NCBI GenBank assembly: GCA_000090985.2
Contig: CP001577.1
Location: 868,925 to 900,924, forward strand
Direction of reading: 5' to 3'
Origin: Micromonas sp.
Taxonomy: Eukaryota
DNA: 32,000 bases
A model generated the notes under the pieces. The model saw only the letters and a program-made list of their open reading frames with translations, searched no databases and was not told the DNA's origin. This document shows, in pieces, positions 8,209 to 17,147 of the stretch. Numbering within the stretch: the stretch's first letter is position 1; each line of letters begins with the position of its first letter. The position numbers were made by a program, and so were the translations under genes.

Positions 8209-9879
8209 TCATCGCGCGCGCGATTTCTCGGTGACCACGCCGGGCTCGCCCCCCTCGCCCCCGTGTCCCCCCTCCATCACCGCGATCGCGTCCCCGAGCG
8301 CCCACGCCGCCTCCACCGCCTCGCCCCGGTACGCAATCTTATCCACCAAAGTCACCGTCTCATCCTCGCCGACGCCGAACCCGCGCGTCAGCAGCGCGTA
8401 CACGTACGCCACGTCCGCGCAGAGCCACGGCAGGTGCTCCTCATCGACCTCCGGGTACTTGGCGCCCAATTGGTCCACGCGCGTCGCGCACGCGTCCGTC
8501 CCCGCCGCGGCGAGCCGCCGCGGCGTCGTCGTCGTCGGCGTTTTCTCGTCCGACGGAACGGCCGCGGCGCCGCACTGCACCGCGCGCTCGGCGACGTACG
8601 ACATGGCGTAAAACTCGGTGACCCCGGCTGCTCGCGGCGCCGCCCACGCGCCGCCGAAGGAGCACGGCGCGTGTTCGCATCCCTCATCCGCGTCGATCGC
8701 GTCCAACGCCGCTTCGACGCATCCTTTAAACGATCCGCCATTTGTCTCCGGAGTCACCGAGTACGACGCGGTCTTATCGTCCAGGCCGTAGCAGTCGCGG
8801 TCGCACGAGTGGCCGGCGTGACCGGCGTGGACGCACGCGTGCGTCCGCGACGACGGCGGGCCGCCGCGGGTACCTTTCCCGGATGACGCGACGGGCCCCC
8901 CGACGGCTCCTTCGCCGCCCGCGCGCCCCCCGCCGACACCCGCGAGGATCCTGTGCCGCGCCGCCACGAGCCCGTACCCGTTGAAGGAGTGCACGTACGC
9001 CGACAGCGCGCCCGCCGGACCGCGCGTGCCCGGAACCGTCCTGACGTACCCGGCGGGCGCGGTCGACGCGACGTCCGCGTCCACCGCGTACGACAGTTGC
9101 GCGCTGCCGCCGCCGAGGTCCGCGAGCGCCACCGTGGTTTTTTTTTCCGAGCCGGCTCCACCGCCGCCGCCGCCGCCGATGCGTCCCAGCAGGTAGTTGA
9201 CCGCGACCCAGCCGTACAGTCCCTCGTCGCCGCCGCTGAGGATGGAGACGTCGCGCGATGGATTGACGTCGAAGCCGGTTCGTACGAGCTTCGACCGCAC
9301 CGCGTCCATGATGGCATCCGCCGCCGCGGGTCCCTCCGGCAGGAGCCGCAACCCCGCGGTGGCTCTCAGCGTCAGCGGCGTGCGTTTCCTCGCCCGCGCC
9401 GGCACCGATCGCATCGCCGTCGCGACGAGCGGGTCGAGCAGCGCCGCGGCGGCGCGCGGGTCCTTGGCGCGCTCCTTGAGCCCCGGTTTGGCGGCGTGGA
9501 ATACCTCCTGTTTGAGCCTCGGGCCGTCGCCGGTGGTGTCAAACTCGAAGACGTGGACGCGGTTGCCCGTGCTCCCGGCGTCGAACACCACCACGTGTCG
9601 CGGCTCGCCGTTGCCGCCGCCGCGCGCGAACATCCCGAAGCACACGAGCACGGTCACCACCAACGCCGCCGCGAGGAGCGCCACCGACCTCGATCCCTTG
9701 CCGTCGATGTGGTTAGAAAAATGATGGCCCCACGACGAGAGGAGGAGGTCGCGCAGCCTTCCCACGCCGCCGCCGCCGCCGCGCGAGGACGGCACGGCGC
9801 CTATGCGATCAAACGAGCCCATGCGCTTGGGGTCGATGGATATCGTCGGCTTGCGCCGAGGGATGAACCCGTTGGACAT
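8209..9879 (-). CDS. GDA1/CD39-family nucleoside di/triphosphatase (apyrase), type II membrane protein.
   Basis: Apyrase conserved regions are readable: VVFDAGSTGNRVHVF (ACR1), LRATAGLRLL (ACR2), GGDEGLYGWVAVNYL (ACR3) and ALADLGGGSAQLSY (ACR4). There is an N-terminal TM segment, SVALLAAALVVTVLVCFGMFA. The first ATG is at 9879; the track start at 9924 is GTG. Confidence 0.9.
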   Translation of the reverse strand: MSNGFIPRRKPTISIDPKRMGSFDRIGAVPSSRGGGGGVGRLRDLLLSSWGHHFSNHIDGKGSRSVALLAAALVVTVLVCFGMFARGGGNGEPRHVVVFDAGSTGNRVHVFEFDTTGDGPRLKQEVFHAAKPGLKERAKDPRAAAALLDPLVATAMRSVPARARKRTPLTLRATAGLRLLPEGPAAADAIMDAVRSKLVRTGFDVNPSRDVSILSGGDEGLYGWVAVNYLLGRIGGGGGGGAGSEKKTTVALADLGGGSAQLSYAVDADVASTAPAGYVRTVPGTRGPAGALSAYVHSFNGYGLVAARHRILAGVGGGRAGGEGAVGGPVASSGKGTRGGPPSSRTHACVHAGHAGHSCDRDCYGLDDKTASYSVTPETNGGSFKGCVEAALDAIDADEGCEHAPCSFGGAWAAPRAAGVTEFYAMSYVAERAVQCGAAAVPSDEKTPTTTTPRRLAAAGTDACATRVDQLGAKYPEVDEEHLPWLCADVAYVYALLTRGFGVGEDETVTLVDKIAYRGEAVEAAWALGDAIAVMEGGHGGEGGEPGVVTEKSRAR

Positions 9880-10010
9880 CGCGACCGTCCCGGCGATCTG
9901 ATGACGCTCGCCGACCCTCCTCACTAATGTTACTGGTCCGTGCCCGCGGGATTCGCAAACGAGAAGAGAGGCTCACGTCAACTGTCCGACAGGCGAGGCT
10001 TTCACACAAC

Positions 10011-10655
10011 ATGGAGCGCGTCGCATCCGTCGCATCCGTCGCGGGGACGCGCGCTGGAACGCGAAATCGCGCGAGCGGCGGCGCCCGCGGGAAGACGCGC
10101 GCGATCGCGACGCCCGGCCCGTTCGGAGGGACCCACGCGCGTCGCCGTCGTCGTCCCGAGTCGATCGGGCACCGTCGGGCTCCGTCGAGGTCGGCACCTT
10201 CATCCGTCGCGTGCGCTGGAACCGGCGCGGGCGCGCGCGACGGGGACGACGCGCCGGTTCCCGAGCTCGCGCGCCTCGCCAAACTCCTCCGCGTCAACGC
10301 CGGCGTCGAGCTCGCGGGCGCCGTCGCGGTCGCCGCCAACCCCGCGTCGGTCTTTCCCGGCATCGCCGGCTCGGGGGTCGAGTGCTCGCGGTGGTACGCG
10401 CTCGCGCTCGGAAGCGTCGCGATCGCGTCCTTCCTGGCGTCCAAGCTGGACGTCACGAACGCGCGCGCCGCGACGGCGACGGCGACGCCCGTCGTGGGGG
10501 GGATGCTCGCGTACCACGTGGGGATATCCGCGTTCCAGGTGAACGCGTTCGCCGCGGGAGCGTGGACGACGGCGACGGCGGGGGCGCTGCTCGTGCACGG
10601 GTGCTTAGCGGCGGCGTTCGCGCTCGCCGCGGCGTTCTGCTCGAAGGAGCGGTGA
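10011..10655 (+). CDS. Hypothetical organelle-targeted small membrane protein (214 aa).
   Basis: The first ATG gives MERVASVASVAGTRAGTRNRASGGARGKTRA..., an Arg/Ala/Ser-rich presequence-like N-terminus. It is followed by two or three hydrophobic Ala/Gly-rich helices (WYALALGSVAIASFLA, VVGGMLAYHVGISAF, AGALLVHGCLAAAFALAAAF). I recognise no family. Confidence 0.55.
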   Translation: MERVASVASVAGTRAGTRNRASGGARGKTRAIATPGPFGGTHARRRRRPESIGHRRAPSRSAPSSVACAGTGAGARDGDDAPVPELARLAKLLRVNAGVELAGAVAVAANPASVFPGIAGSGVECSRWYALALGSVAIASFLASKLDVTNARAATATATPVVGGMLAYHVGISAFQVNAFAAGAWTTATAGALLVHGCLAAAFALAAAFCSKER

Positions 10656-10672
10656 CGAGCGGCGGCGTGTGC

Positions 10673-10701
10673 TTAGGTTTTAGGGTTTAGGGTTTAGGGT
10701 T
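10673..10701 (+). repeat. Interstitial plant-type telomere repeat: TTAGG TTTTAGGG TTTAGGG TTTAGGG TT.
   Basis: Read directly from the sequence. There are three perfect TTTAGGG units at 10679..10699 plus degenerate flanks. The repeat starts 18 nt downstream of the stop codon of the 10011..10655 gene, in the spacer between convergent genes. Confidence 0.95.
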
Positions 10702-10828
10702 CGCCGCGACGCGCCGCGAGTGTAAGACCGAGTCGCCCCCTCGTCGGCTATAAGAGTTTTACGTAAAAGTTGAACGCCCAACGTTAACTAAGGGTTTCAC
10801 GTAGAACGAACGAACCCAATTTGCGTGT

Positions 10829-12586
10829 TCAGATTTGCTCGTACCCGTCGTCGTCGTCCACGGTCGCCGGGTCCAGCTCGCGCGTCAACGCCGGAGACGC
10901 GAAGAACAGCGCCGCGCTCACCGCCGCCGCCGTCGACGCGGCGATGAAAAAAAACGTCGGCGCCGGCGTAAACGCGTACAAGCTGCCGAGCTCGCCGCTG
11001 AGGTAGTTGCCGGCGAAGGAGGACAAGAACCACGCACCCACCGAAACACTCGCGAGCTCGACGGGCGCCGCCGTCGTGATGAAGCTCAACCCCACCGGCG
11101 ACAGGTACAGCTCCCCCGTCGTCAGCACCACGAGGTGGACGAAGAGCCAGACGAAGGACATCTGGTTCTTCGTCGCGCTCGAACCCGCGGTGCCCGCGCC
11201 GCTCGCGGCGGCGGCGACCGCCAAGACGACGTACGACGCCGCGCACAAACCCGCGCCGATGGCCATCTTGGTGATCTGCGACGGCTCGTTCCCGTTCCGC
11301 CGCTGCCGCTCCCACGTCCTCGTCACCGCGGGCGTCAGCGCCAAAATCAGCACGGGGTTGATCGACTGGACAAACTCCGTGGGAGCGCCGGCGAGGTCGA
11401 CCCACTGGTCAGCGAAGAGCGCGGTGGTGTTGCCCTGCTGCTCGTACGCGCACCAGAACCCCGCGCTCAGCGCGCACACCGCGAGCATGGCGCCGAGCCT
11501 GCGCCGGTGCCTCCAAACGACGCGAGCGAGGTCCGATTGCCTCCGAACTCGAACTCCTTGAACCGGATCCGCGGCGGGGATCGAACTCCCGACCGCGGAA
11601 CCCACCCCGCGAGACCCGACCGCTCTCCCATCCGCTCCCTCCAACGCGTCGAACTCGTGCACCGCCCCGCCAGCCGACGCGTCGTGACCACGCCAGCCGC
11701 CGCCGCCGCTTTTCCTCGCCGCCGCACGTTCTTCCCCAGCGTCGATCAAATACCCAAAAAACGCATACGTCGCCAGGCACGCCGCCATCCCCACCGCCGC
11801 GCTCACGAACCCAGCCTCGTACCCGTCCGCCGCGTGCAACATCCCCGCCGCCAACGGCGCCACCGCGGCGCCCAAGTTGATGCCGCAGTAGAAGATGCCG
11901 AACGCCACGTCCCTGCGACTGTCGCCTCTATCGTACAAACGTCCCACTCGCGTGGACACGTTGGGCTTGAAGCACCCGTTGCCGAGGACGATGAGCGCGG
12001 CGCCTATCAGGAACGCTCGTCTGTGCGCGAGCAGCGCGTGCCCGACTCCCATCGTCGCCGCGCCGAGGACGATGAGCGGATGCGCGCCGAAGTGTCGATC
12101 GGCGAGGTAGCCCCCCAAGAGCGGGGTGAGGTACACGAGCGCGGTGTAGAGGCCGTAGAGCCTGGACGCCAGCGCGAGCACCTGTCTGTCCCGCGTCTCG
12201 TCCGGGGCGTCGTCGTCCGGGGCGCCGTACGCTGACGCCAGGGCGCGCATGCCCCAGACGTCGCTCCACGCCCCCCTGGCGAGCAGCACGTCTCGCATGT
12301 ACAGCACCAGCAACGCCCGCATCGCGTAGTACGAGTATCGCTCCCACGTCTCCGTGGCGCACAGGACGAAGAGCCCGTTGGGGTGGCCGAACATCTGCCG
12401 GTCGCCGCCGCGGTCGCCGTCGCCGTCGCCCGCCTCGCGCGCGGCGGTGGACCCGTCCAACCCTCCGAGGCGCGACGACGATCCGTCGACGTCCTCGTCG
12501 CTGCTGAAATGTAACAGGACGCGCCCCTCAAAATCTCCGGAAACGTCGCGCCCGTCGCCCGCCTCGCGGCGCGTCGGGGCGGGCAT
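10829..12586 (-). CDS. Proton-dependent oligopeptide transporter (POT/PTR2 family, DtpT-like).
   Basis: MFGHPNGLFVLCATETWERYSYYAMRALLVLYM matches the POT signature (F.E.WERFSYYGMRA.LVLY). LVYLTPLLGGYLADRHFG and GNGCFKPNVS match the PTR2 motifs (GG..AD...G and G.G..KPN.S). There are about 12 hydrophobic segments. The start is uncertain: the first ATG is at 12586, a later one precedes FGHPNG, and the track start at 12718 is GTG. Confidence 0.88.
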   Translation of the reverse strand: MPAPTRREAGDGRDVSGDFEGRVLLHFSSDEDVDGSSSRLGGLDGSTAAREAGDGDGDRGGDRQMFGHPNGLFVLCATETWERYSYYAMRALLVLYMRDVLLARGAWSDVWGMRALASAYGAPDDDAPDETRDRQVLALASRLYGLYTALVYLTPLLGGYLADRHFGAHPLIVLGAATMGVGHALLAHRRAFLIGAALIVLGNGCFKPNVSTRVGRLYDRGDSRRDVAFGIFYCGINLGAAVAPLAAGMLHAADGYEAGFVSAAVGMAACLATYAFFGYLIDAGEERAAARKSGGGGWRGHDASAGGAVHEFDALEGADGRAVGSRGVGSAVGSSIPAADPVQGVRVRRQSDLARVVWRHRRRLGAMLAVCALSAGFWCAYEQQGNTTALFADQWVDLAGAPTEFVQSINPVLILALTPAVTRTWERQRRNGNEPSQITKMAIGAGLCAASYVVLAVAAAASGAGTAGSSATKNQMSFVWLFVHLVVLTTGELYLSPVGLSFITTAAPVELASVSVGAWFLSSFAGNYLSGELGSLYAFTPAPTFFFIAASTAAAVSAALFFASPALTRELDPATVDDDDGYEQI

Positions 12587-12793
12587 GGAGCCGTACGTCG
12601 CGCCGCCGCGCGACGCCGGGGGTTTTGGCGCCAGGGCGGCGGCGTTCGCGGGCGTCGCCGGAGACGCGCGCGCGGCGAGGTGTGGCTGGAGGACAGTCTG
12701 CAAAAAATAGTGCGTCACCGCGAGTCGAGGCCGGGCGGCGTGAAAACGTCAACGGAGGTTTCGTCTGTAATCAGTTGCGAATGCCGCTGCTAT

Positions 12794-14482
12794 CTACCCG
12801 CGTCCACCCTTCCCGCCCTTCCCGCCCTCCCCGGGACGCGACAACGACCAGCACGCCCCCGTCGCGGCCCCGCACCGCCGATGGAGGTGCTCCGTCGGCG
12901 CCCTGAGCGCCCCGCCCGACTCGCCCCTTACTTCGCCCCATCCCCCGATCCCTCCGAGCGTCCTCCCGAGCACCTTCACGCCGTCGTCGCATCGAGCCTG
13001 CCTCGGCCGCTCCCGCGACTTATGGTACCCCCTCGGGCCCTTCATCAGCACGTCGCACACGCCGTACTTGACGTCCGTCGACGTCGTGCGAAGCAGCGTC
13101 CGAAACTCACGCGGCCACGTCGACGGATCACGATACCGCCACGCGTGCGCCTTGGCCCACTCGCGTTCATCCGTCGCTATCGCATGGAGCTTTCGCGCCA
13201 AAGACTCGACGCTGTCGTACTCTCTCAAATCGACGATGGCGTCGCGGTCCGGGAGCAGCTCGTACACGTCGTCCGTGCCAAAGTACAGCGGAACGGATCC
13301 CCGGCTCAGCGCCATCCAAACTTTCTCCGTCGCGTACCCGGCGCACGCCCCCGCGTTTTCCACGGCGTAGTAGAACATGTAATCCGACATGGCGCGCTGG
13401 AAGGACGCGTGCGACGCCGGGTCCACGGCGCCGCGTCGCGGCAAACCCCCCGCGGGCGGCGGCGCGTTGCGCAGGCACTCGCCCATCGAGAACACGGGAA
13501 ACGCGTCCGCGATGGATCGAAGGATGCTAACGCGCGGTTGGGCCACGCAGTCCGAAGCCAGCCACGCGACGGCCGGCACCCTCGCCTCCCGACGCTTACG
13601 AAACCATTCAAAATCGTCCGTCAACGACCGGAGGCTCGGTCCGAACGGCCACCACATCGCGCTCCGTCTTTTATCCACGTAGGACAGGTAGTCGAACTGC
13701 GACGTGAACGATTTATCCCTCAGTTCGGCTCCGAAACCCCCCGCGGCTTCGTGCGCGAAATACAAGTACACCTGCGAGGGGTGCGCCTTTTCCGGTAGCT
13801 CGATGCGTCCGCCCCGCGCCGCGTTCCTGTGCGCGCCGCCCCATATGAAGTCGTGCTCGTTGAATATGACGACGTCGGCGTTCGCGTGGCAGTTGTTCTG
13901 CTCGACGGTGTCGAAGCAGACGCCGGGGTGGAAGAGGTTTTCAATGCCCTTGGCGAAGGCGACGTCCCAGGACCCGGCGCCGTTGTCCAGGCACACCTTG
14001 AACTGGTTCTTCTTCTTATTCTTGTTCGTATTATCGTGGCGGCGTCCGTGCGCGGGGCGTCGGTCGTCGTTCGTCGAAGGGACCCCGGCGCGTCGGGGCG
14101 GCAGGCCCGGGAGGTCGAAGTCCCTGCGCTCGTCGTCCGCGGAAGCCGCGCCCAACGAGGGCACCTCTCCCCTCGGTTTGTGCCACCAGTCGTCCGAGTT
14201 GACGTCGAAGCCGGGGTATATCGTCGGCAGGTACCGATGGTACACCGGGTCCGCGCGCATCGCCGCGGCCAGGCGGTCCTCCTCCGGGCGCCACGCGTCG
14301 CGTCGTTCGCGCCAACCACCCCGACGCGAGCGCCCGGCGCCGAGCGACGACGATTGGTCCGAGACTCCCGCGGCCCGACGCGATGCGGCCCGTCCGGTCA
14401 GCGCCAGCGCCGAGACCGCGACGGTCGCCACCGCGGTCCACACGCCGCGGCCGGACCGCGAGTGATTGTTCGACTCGCGCAT
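12794..14482 (-). CDS. Glycosyltransferase family 10 alpha-1,3/4-fucosyltransferase-like, type II membrane protein.
   Basis: MFYYAVENAGACAGYATEKVWMALSRGSVPLYFG matches the GT10 motif (F.L.FEN..C.DYVTEKFW.AL..G.VPV..G). An N-terminal signal anchor (VWTAVATVAVSALALTG) follows MRESNNH. I placed the start at the ATG at 14482; an upstream ATG at 14557 is also possible. The Gly/Arg-rich last ~60 codons may not all be genuine. Confidence 0.8.
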   Translation of the reverse strand: MRESNNHSRSGRGVWTAVATVAVSALALTGRAASRRAAGVSDQSSSLGAGRSRRGGWRERRDAWRPEEDRLAAAMRADPVYHRYLPTIYPGFDVNSDDWWHKPRGEVPSLGAASADDERRDFDLPGLPPRRAGVPSTNDDRRPAHGRRHDNTNKNKKKNQFKVCLDNGAGSWDVAFAKGIENLFHPGVCFDTVEQNNCHANADVVIFNEHDFIWGGAHRNAARGGRIELPEKAHPSQVYLYFAHEAAGGFGAELRDKSFTSQFDYLSYVDKRRSAMWWPFGPSLRSLTDDFEWFRKRREARVPAVAWLASDCVAQPRVSILRSIADAFPVFSMGECLRNAPPPAGGLPRRGAVDPASHASFQRAMSDYMFYYAVENAGACAGYATEKVWMALSRGSVPLYFGTDDVYELLPDRDAIVDLREYDSVESLARKLHAIATDEREWAKAHAWRYRDPSTWPREFRTLLRTTSTDVKYGVCDVLMKGPRGYHKSRERPRQARCDDGVKVLGRTLGGIGGWGEVRGESGGALRAPTEHLHRRCGAATGACWSLSRPGEGGKGGKGGRG

Positions 14483-14822
14483 CGCGTCGCGACTCGCCTG
14501 TCTGCCCGCCGCGCGTCGCCTCGCAGGCCGCGGCACGGAGTGGACGAGATGATGCATCCCGTCGGGAAAAGAAACACCCGCCGCGCGGAGCTGGACCGGC
14601 TGTGAAACGCACCTCTCCAAAAGGTGAAATACGGGAATAAGCCGAGGGGCGAAATCGTAGTACGGAAACACGGTTGCACTCCGCGTCGGTATATGACGTT
14701 AAGCGAGCCCGCAGAGCGCTTCCTTATATAATCCCAAGAAACACACAAGTCGCATCGTCCCCACCCATTAGTGAAAGCTAATACCCGGAGAGATTTTCTC
14801 CGTATGGATTTACACCCGTAAA

Positions 14823-14894
14823 TCCCCGGTAGTGTAGTGGTTATCACCGTCGGCTTTCACCCGGCTAACCCGGGTTCGAACCCCGGCCGGGGAA
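14823..14894 (+). tRNA. trnE-UUC: tRNA-Glu (anticodon UUC), 72 nt, no intron.
   Basis: I folded the cloverleaf by hand. The acceptor stem is TCCCCGG/CCGGGGA. The D arm is GTGT-AGTGGTTA-TCAC. The anticodon stem GTCGG/CCGGC carries the loop CT-TTC-AC. The T arm is CCGGG-TTCGAAC-CCCGG and the discriminator is A. It closely resembles eukaryotic cytoplasmic tRNA-Glu. Confidence 0.93.
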
Positions 14895-14904
14895 TTTCTT
14901 TTTT
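14895..14904 (+). terminator. Pol III oligo-T terminator of tRNA-Glu (TTTCTTTTTT).
   Basis: The T-run lies immediately 3' of the discriminator base. Confidence 0.7.
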
Positions 14905-15134
14905 GCTGTTTTTGAGAATATTACGTATGAGAACCGGTCAGAATGGCGCGCGCGCGATTACGGTTTGCGTCTGAGTTTTACTCGTCGATTTTCATCGGTG
15001 TCCAGTCCCATCCAGCCCCGCTGCTCTCGGTGCTGGTCAAAACATACTCTCGGTGCTGAAATTCAAACTTGGCAACCCCCTTCCCGCCCCGATTCCCTCG
15101 GACCGAGATTCAAACCACGACAGCGCCTGACACG

Positions 15135-17111
15135 ATGGCCGACGTCGCCGAGGTGAAGGATGCGTTCGAGTCGCAGGGCTACGCCCTCGACTCCAAAGTC
15201 ATCGCCGACGAGGCCTTCGCGCTGTGCCGCCAGTTCAACCTCGACGCCTTCGACCTCGCGCTCCACTGGGACGGCTTCTCGGTGGAGCAGGCGAGCAAGA
15301 AGGACAAGAAGGCGCTCATGCCGGACGCGTCGAACATCGAGGCGTTCAAGCTCCACGTCGAGCGCAAGGTGGCCGAGCGGCGCAAGTCCACGTCCATGCG
15401 AACCCCCAAGTCCCTGGTGTACGGCAGGCCCAACCTGATGGAGTCGCTCGAGAAGAACCCTCGCGCGCTGGAGGAGTCCGGCGCGTTCGCTTCCATCACC
15501 CCCGGCCGCGGCGGCACCACGCCGGGCGCCAAGACCTCCGCCGCCAAGGCTGCCTACGCCGGCACCGCGCCGTCCCAGGTCGTGGCGCTGCCCGAGGTGG
15601 ACGCGCGGGGCGCGCTCGAGGCGCACGCCGCCGCCCCCGGCGCGTCCGCCTACGCCAAGCGCGCCGGATCGCGATCGGTCAAGACGGAGCTCGGCGCCGA
15701 TCTCCCGACGCTCGCGCAGGCGCCCGACACGCGACGCCCTCCCGTCGCCGTGCGCGTCATCGACGCCGTCACCGATCTCCCCGCGCTCGCCACCGACGTG
15801 CGGTTCATGCGCGATCGCATCGGCGACAAGGTGGACATGCTCGAGTCGAGAATCGGCGATTTTCGTCGCGAGACGGAACGAGTCACGGGCGCGGATGCGT
15901 CGCGAGCGGTGTACGCCGCGTCGCAGGACGACGTCACCGTCGTCGGCAGAGTCGTCTGCGACAGCGAGGGCAGGCTGAACGAGGCGTCCGTGCAGCTCGA
16001 GGGCGATATGGCCAACTCCGCCGGCATGCGCGTCCGACTGGAACTGAGAGACGTGCCCTCGTTTTCGCTCTTCCCCGGGCAGATCGTTCGCGTCACGGGC
16101 GCGAACCCGTCGGGGCACTGCCTCGTCGCCAAGTCCATCGTCGCACACGCGCCTCCGCCGATGTGCGCTTCCCCCGCGTCGTCCCCGGCGTTCGGCGCGC
16201 AGTCCGTCGTGATCGCGTCCGGACCGTTCACGTGTTCCTCGGACCTGAGTTTCGAACCATTCGCTGATTTGCTCCGGTACTGCGAGGATAAGCGCCCGGA
16301 TTCCGTCGTGCTGTGCGGGCCGTTCGTGGATTGCGACCACCGCGTGGTCCGCGGCGACGCCGGCGTGGACGTGTCGTTCGAGAAGGTGTTCGAGGTTGGC
16401 GTTCGCGACAGGCTGGCGGAATTTGCCTCGAGGTGCGAAGCGGGCGGGTACGCGCCCAACGTCGTCCTCGTCCCGTCCGTCCGCGACGCCGTCGCGGACC
16501 CGGTGTTTCCCCAGCCCCCTCTCGAGATCGATACCCTGGGTCTCGACGCCCTGCTCCCGGACGGACGTTCGGACGGGAAAAAGGGCGCCGGGGTGGACGT
16601 CATCGCGACGCCAAACCCGGGTACGTTTACGATCAACGGCGTCCGCGTGGCGGTGTGCACGCACGACGTCCTCAGGCACCTCTCCGCCGCGGAGGCTGCG
16701 CGCGAGGACAAGTCGTCGGGCGCGGGCCCGTCGAGCGATCGCATGGCGCGGCTCGCGTCGCACCTCCCCGGGCAGCGCAGCGCGTATCCGCTGTTCCCCC
16801 CCGCGCACGGCGCGTGTCTCGACGCTTCGCTCGCGTCGCACCTCGCGATGGAGAAGACCCCGGACGTGCTCGTGCTGCCGTCCGACCTGCAGCCGTTCGC
16901 GAAGGTGTGCGAATGCCCGGGCCTTCGCGGCGACGGGGGCGACGACGACGCGAGGTTCGTGGCGATCAACCCAGGGCGGCTGGCGAAGGGTAACATCGGC
17001 GGCACGCTCGCGCACGTGTACGTGAGCGAGGGCGCGCCGGAGCCGGGCGCGAGCGGGGCGCGGGCGCACGCGGTGCACGCGCGGGCTCGCGTGGACATCG
17101 TACGCATCTGA
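15135..17111 (+). CDS. POLA2: DNA polymerase alpha subunit B (70-kDa accessory subunit).
   Basis: The N-terminal domain reads MADVAEVKDAFESQGYALDSKVIADEAFALCRQFNLDAFDLALHWDGFSV, which is POLA2 N-terminal-like. The C-terminal part is calcineurin-like and phosphoesterase-dead: VVIASGPFTCSSDLSFEPFADLLRYCEDKRPDSVVLCGPFVD...VVLVPSVRD...NPGTFTINGVRVAVCTHDVL. The first ATG is at 15135. Confidence 0.88.
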   Translation: MADVAEVKDAFESQGYALDSKVIADEAFALCRQFNLDAFDLALHWDGFSVEQASKKDKKALMPDASNIEAFKLHVERKVAERRKSTSMRTPKSLVYGRPNLMESLEKNPRALEESGAFASITPGRGGTTPGAKTSAAKAAYAGTAPSQVVALPEVDARGALEAHAAAPGASAYAKRAGSRSVKTELGADLPTLAQAPDTRRPPVAVRVIDAVTDLPALATDVRFMRDRIGDKVDMLESRIGDFRRETERVTGADASRAVYAASQDDVTVVGRVVCDSEGRLNEASVQLEGDMANSAGMRVRLELRDVPSFSLFPGQIVRVTGANPSGHCLVAKSIVAHAPPPMCASPASSPAFGAQSVVIASGPFTCSSDLSFEPFADLLRYCEDKRPDSVVLCGPFVDCDHRVVRGDAGVDVSFEKVFEVGVRDRLAEFASRCEAGGYAPNVVLVPSVRDAVADPVFPQPPLEIDTLGLDALLPDGRSDGKKGAGVDVIATPNPGTFTINGVRVAVCTHDVLRHLSAAEAAREDKSSGAGPSSDRMARLASHLPGQRSAYPLFPPAHGACLDASLASHLAMEKTPDVLVLPSDLQPFAKVCECPGLRGDGGDDDARFVAINPGRLAKGNIGGTLAHVYVSEGAPEPGASGARAHAVHARARVDIVRI

Positions 17112-17132
17112 GGTGGCGCGCGGGTGGAGCGC

Positions 17133-17147
17133 GGGGGGGGGGGGGGG
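17133..17147 (+). repeat. G15 homopolymer.
   Basis: I counted the run directly. It begins 22 nt after the POLA2 stop codon. Confidence 0.9.

Noticed and set aside
15063-17078. A 671-aa minus-strand ORF. The same class includes the 485-aa ORF at 15650..17107, 10835..12235 (+), 19394..21412 (-), 20977..22287 (-), 25878..27440 (-), 29772..31646 (+) and 8953..9927 (+).
   Set aside because: Each one is the antisense or a shifted frame of a gene with a clear family signature (POLA2, POT, FZL, CA-like, HisHF, apyrase). All have Arg/Gly/Pro/Ala-dominated composition and no motifs. I treat them as GC-content artefacts.
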